A stretch of DNA of 64,000 bases from Xylographa opegraphella (lineage: Eukaryota), in the NCBI GenBank assembly GCA_022813865.1, contig JALDZX010000023.1:124001-188000 (forward strand). The letters run 5' to 3'. This document shows positions 61,801-64,000 of this stretch, one piece after another. Position numbers and translations under genes: made by a program. Numbering within the stretch: the first letter of the stretch is position 1; every line of letters starts with the position of its first letter. A model generated the notes under the pieces. It was not told the DNA's origin. It worked only from the letters and a program-made list of their open reading frames with translations, and searched no databases.

Positions 61801-62750
61801 GTTGGAGGGGAGAGGGAGAGGGAGGTGGAGAGGGAGGAGAGTGTTCGACTGAGGGCGGGAAAGAGGTTTTGGGACAAGAGATATTATTGTTACTAAGGTA
61901 CTGCGATGGCACGTTGATTGCATGTGAAAGCTGTAAGTCTGACGTCATTGCTGCTGTACCTGCAGGATATAGGCGCGCGTGTGTAGCGGCAGAGCTACTT
62001 TTGTTGTTTTTCGAGAAATGGCGGAGATCCATCTACACATGATCACGAAACAATTTTCCCCTTCCACTTCTTAGCCTCCAATATGAGCAGGGGCTGCTTT
62101 AATGTGAGCGGGCTTGAGCGGTGTCTGAGCAGGGGTGAGCTCCCGGTAGGAGTATAGAGGCGCAACCGTCTCGAGCCTGAACGTGCTTCATTGAGTCCGG
62201 CTTCAATTGCCTCCGTTGGCGCAGCGCATGGAATACCCCGTCCGTCCCACATCGTCTACATTCCTCAACCTCTACTCCTTCATTTTCCTCGCCTAGGCGT
62301 CCCCTTGTTGCTTCATTCTGTCTGCTGTCGACTCCTGCCACCTTTTTCACAATTCTCGCTCGAAACGATGATCGATTCACCGGCGCAGCTCCAGCGTTGC
62401 CGACCTAGTCGAAAGAAGGCTCCCCAGCAATCACCATCCTTGATACTTCTGAATCCACCGTTTGCCTGTACTTACTCTCGACAAGGATGATTTTACTCTT
62501 CAATTTCGGTCTTCTGCGTGGAAACACAGTCGAGGGGTTTGGCTGTCTGACCATGACCGCGCAGAACTTGGTCTCGCATGTCAAGTGAAGTTCACCATTG
62601 TAAGAATTAGTATCTAGATTAAGTCCAGGATCGCAGGGATCCGGGGTGGAGCAGTGCAACATAGATGTCTCTCCCATGGAGCACACTGGTCCTCTTGTGT
62701 TGCTTTATTGAAATCGAGCAGTGTTTAGAGTTTTGTGGATGAAACGGTTG

Positions 62751-64000
62751 TTATACTGGGAATGGCCACATTCGCCTCACCTCCTCCGGCTTCCGGCTTT
62801 CCAAGCGCTCGATCATGAGTTCCAGGAGTGCCTTGTTCTGTAACCGTTTCTCAGCCCAATCTGCTTCTGGAGGTACCCAACCTTCGGCATCTGTATCGAG
62901 GTACTTCCACGCGAAATCCTGTATTTCATGCCATTGAGCATACTCAGACAACCGCTTTTCATGAGACGCTATTTCTGCAGAAATAAAGTGAATCGGGCAC
63001 GTATCTGGAAAGCCTATTTGCTCCCAATCCTCAACAAGTCGGATAAGGCAGGTGCGGAGAGGGACAACCCCGTCATCCCATGTGTCTCCGATACGCGAGA
63101 AATACTCTCGTAACGGGTCGAATATTTCCCATCTTGCAGTGTATGCGTCGTGGTTATTTAGGTACGTTGCGACCTCATAGGCTTTTGCGGAGACAGCCCG
63201 GTCCTTCTCAAACAAAGCTATATTCTTCTCATCGGCATCAAGGTCATCGAAATTCCCGGGCAGTTTCGGATGCTCCGGGCCTTCACTGTACCCCTCTGCA
63301 GGGCTCAGAAAAGCAGGCCACCGAGCTTGTAGAAATAGAGGGGAGATTGACGTAGATTGCCAGTCGATGAGACACACTACTCTGGTATGATCCTCTTGCG
63401 AGACAAATATGTTGCCCATATGCAGGTCTGTATGCCACATTGTTGGCCGTGACCTTTCTAGCGAAGGAGGGTGCTTTGTCAGGGTTGGCAACAGATTCTC
63501 AGTGGCGTTAAGTATTGATGCATGATCTTGTACCTTACCGTGAAGTACGGGAATTATGTTTCCAGCTGGGCGGAGACGAGTCCGAGCAATAGATCTCTGA
63601 ATCAGTTCTAACTCAAATTCAAAAAGAGTAGGCCCCAGTATCGGTCACTGTCAGCACGGAGCATGTAAAGTAGCGACGTAACTCACAGGGACCTGCGTCG
63701 ATATCCGGCTGGATATCAGCTGGGGATATACCATCTGTCCACGCTGGACCGCATGCAGGGCCGATACAAAACAAGCCAGTTGGATCCACTGCCGAGTCTA
63801 GAAGAATCCGTTCCGATGCCTTCGAAATCGAATGCCGGAAGTACAAGCTGCCATATGCTGGAAATCGAATGGCGGTGAACTTATTCTCTAACTGGGTCAA
63901 GCCTTTGATAAGCTTAAGTCGATCGGCCTCTGGGATATCATCCCAGACTTTGAAAAGTTGAATGCCAGAAGCTTTCTCCATAATGATATATTCAGCGCCG
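62751..64000 (-). CDS. Aminoglycoside-phosphotransferase-family (Aim9-like) kinase, 5'-truncated by window; intron 63635-63686 lacks canonical AG, possible pseudogene
   Basis: AEYIIMEKASG, FPAYGSLYF, WHTDLHMGNIFV, LIDWQ motifs. Confidence 0.82.

Noticed and set aside
48412..64000. Secondary-metabolite cluster (C6 TF, NmrA, NTF2-like, phosphotransferase)
   Set aside because: No PKS, NRPS, terpene cyclase, prenyltransferase or RiPP-modifying gene in the window; genes widely spaced.

Overview
Gene-dense nuclear DNA from a filamentous ascomycete (Pezizomycotina), judged from short GT-AG introns with CTRAY-type branch sites and fungal gene families. The left half is mostly housekeeping: the 3' part of TOP2, an OGFr-domain gene, an SDR, an intron-containing tRNA-Val(AAC), a large group X (Chk1-type) hybrid histidine kinase, cytosolic IleRS, an NDUFAF8 homolog, SFI1, GPI8, a histidine-phosphatase family gene and bleomycin hydrolase. 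Accessory patches carry small secreted Cys proteins, a DUF6594 gene, a GPI-anchored protein, orphan ORFs, a divergent Zn2Cys6/bHLH pair, NmrA-like, NTF2-like and APH-type phosphotransferase genes. Most notable: (1) recurring GC-rich islands that switch from C-rich to G-rich on the + strand regardless of gene orientation, even inside coding sequence; (2) a secreted prepro-peptide with a His-rich pro-region and a zinc-ribbon-like mature domain; (3) an apparently lost splice acceptor in the phosphotransferase gene; (4) two short duplications differing almost only by transitions. No transposon, CRISPR array or secondary-metabolite backbone gene was seen. All calls are by-eye motif recognition; no database search was run.
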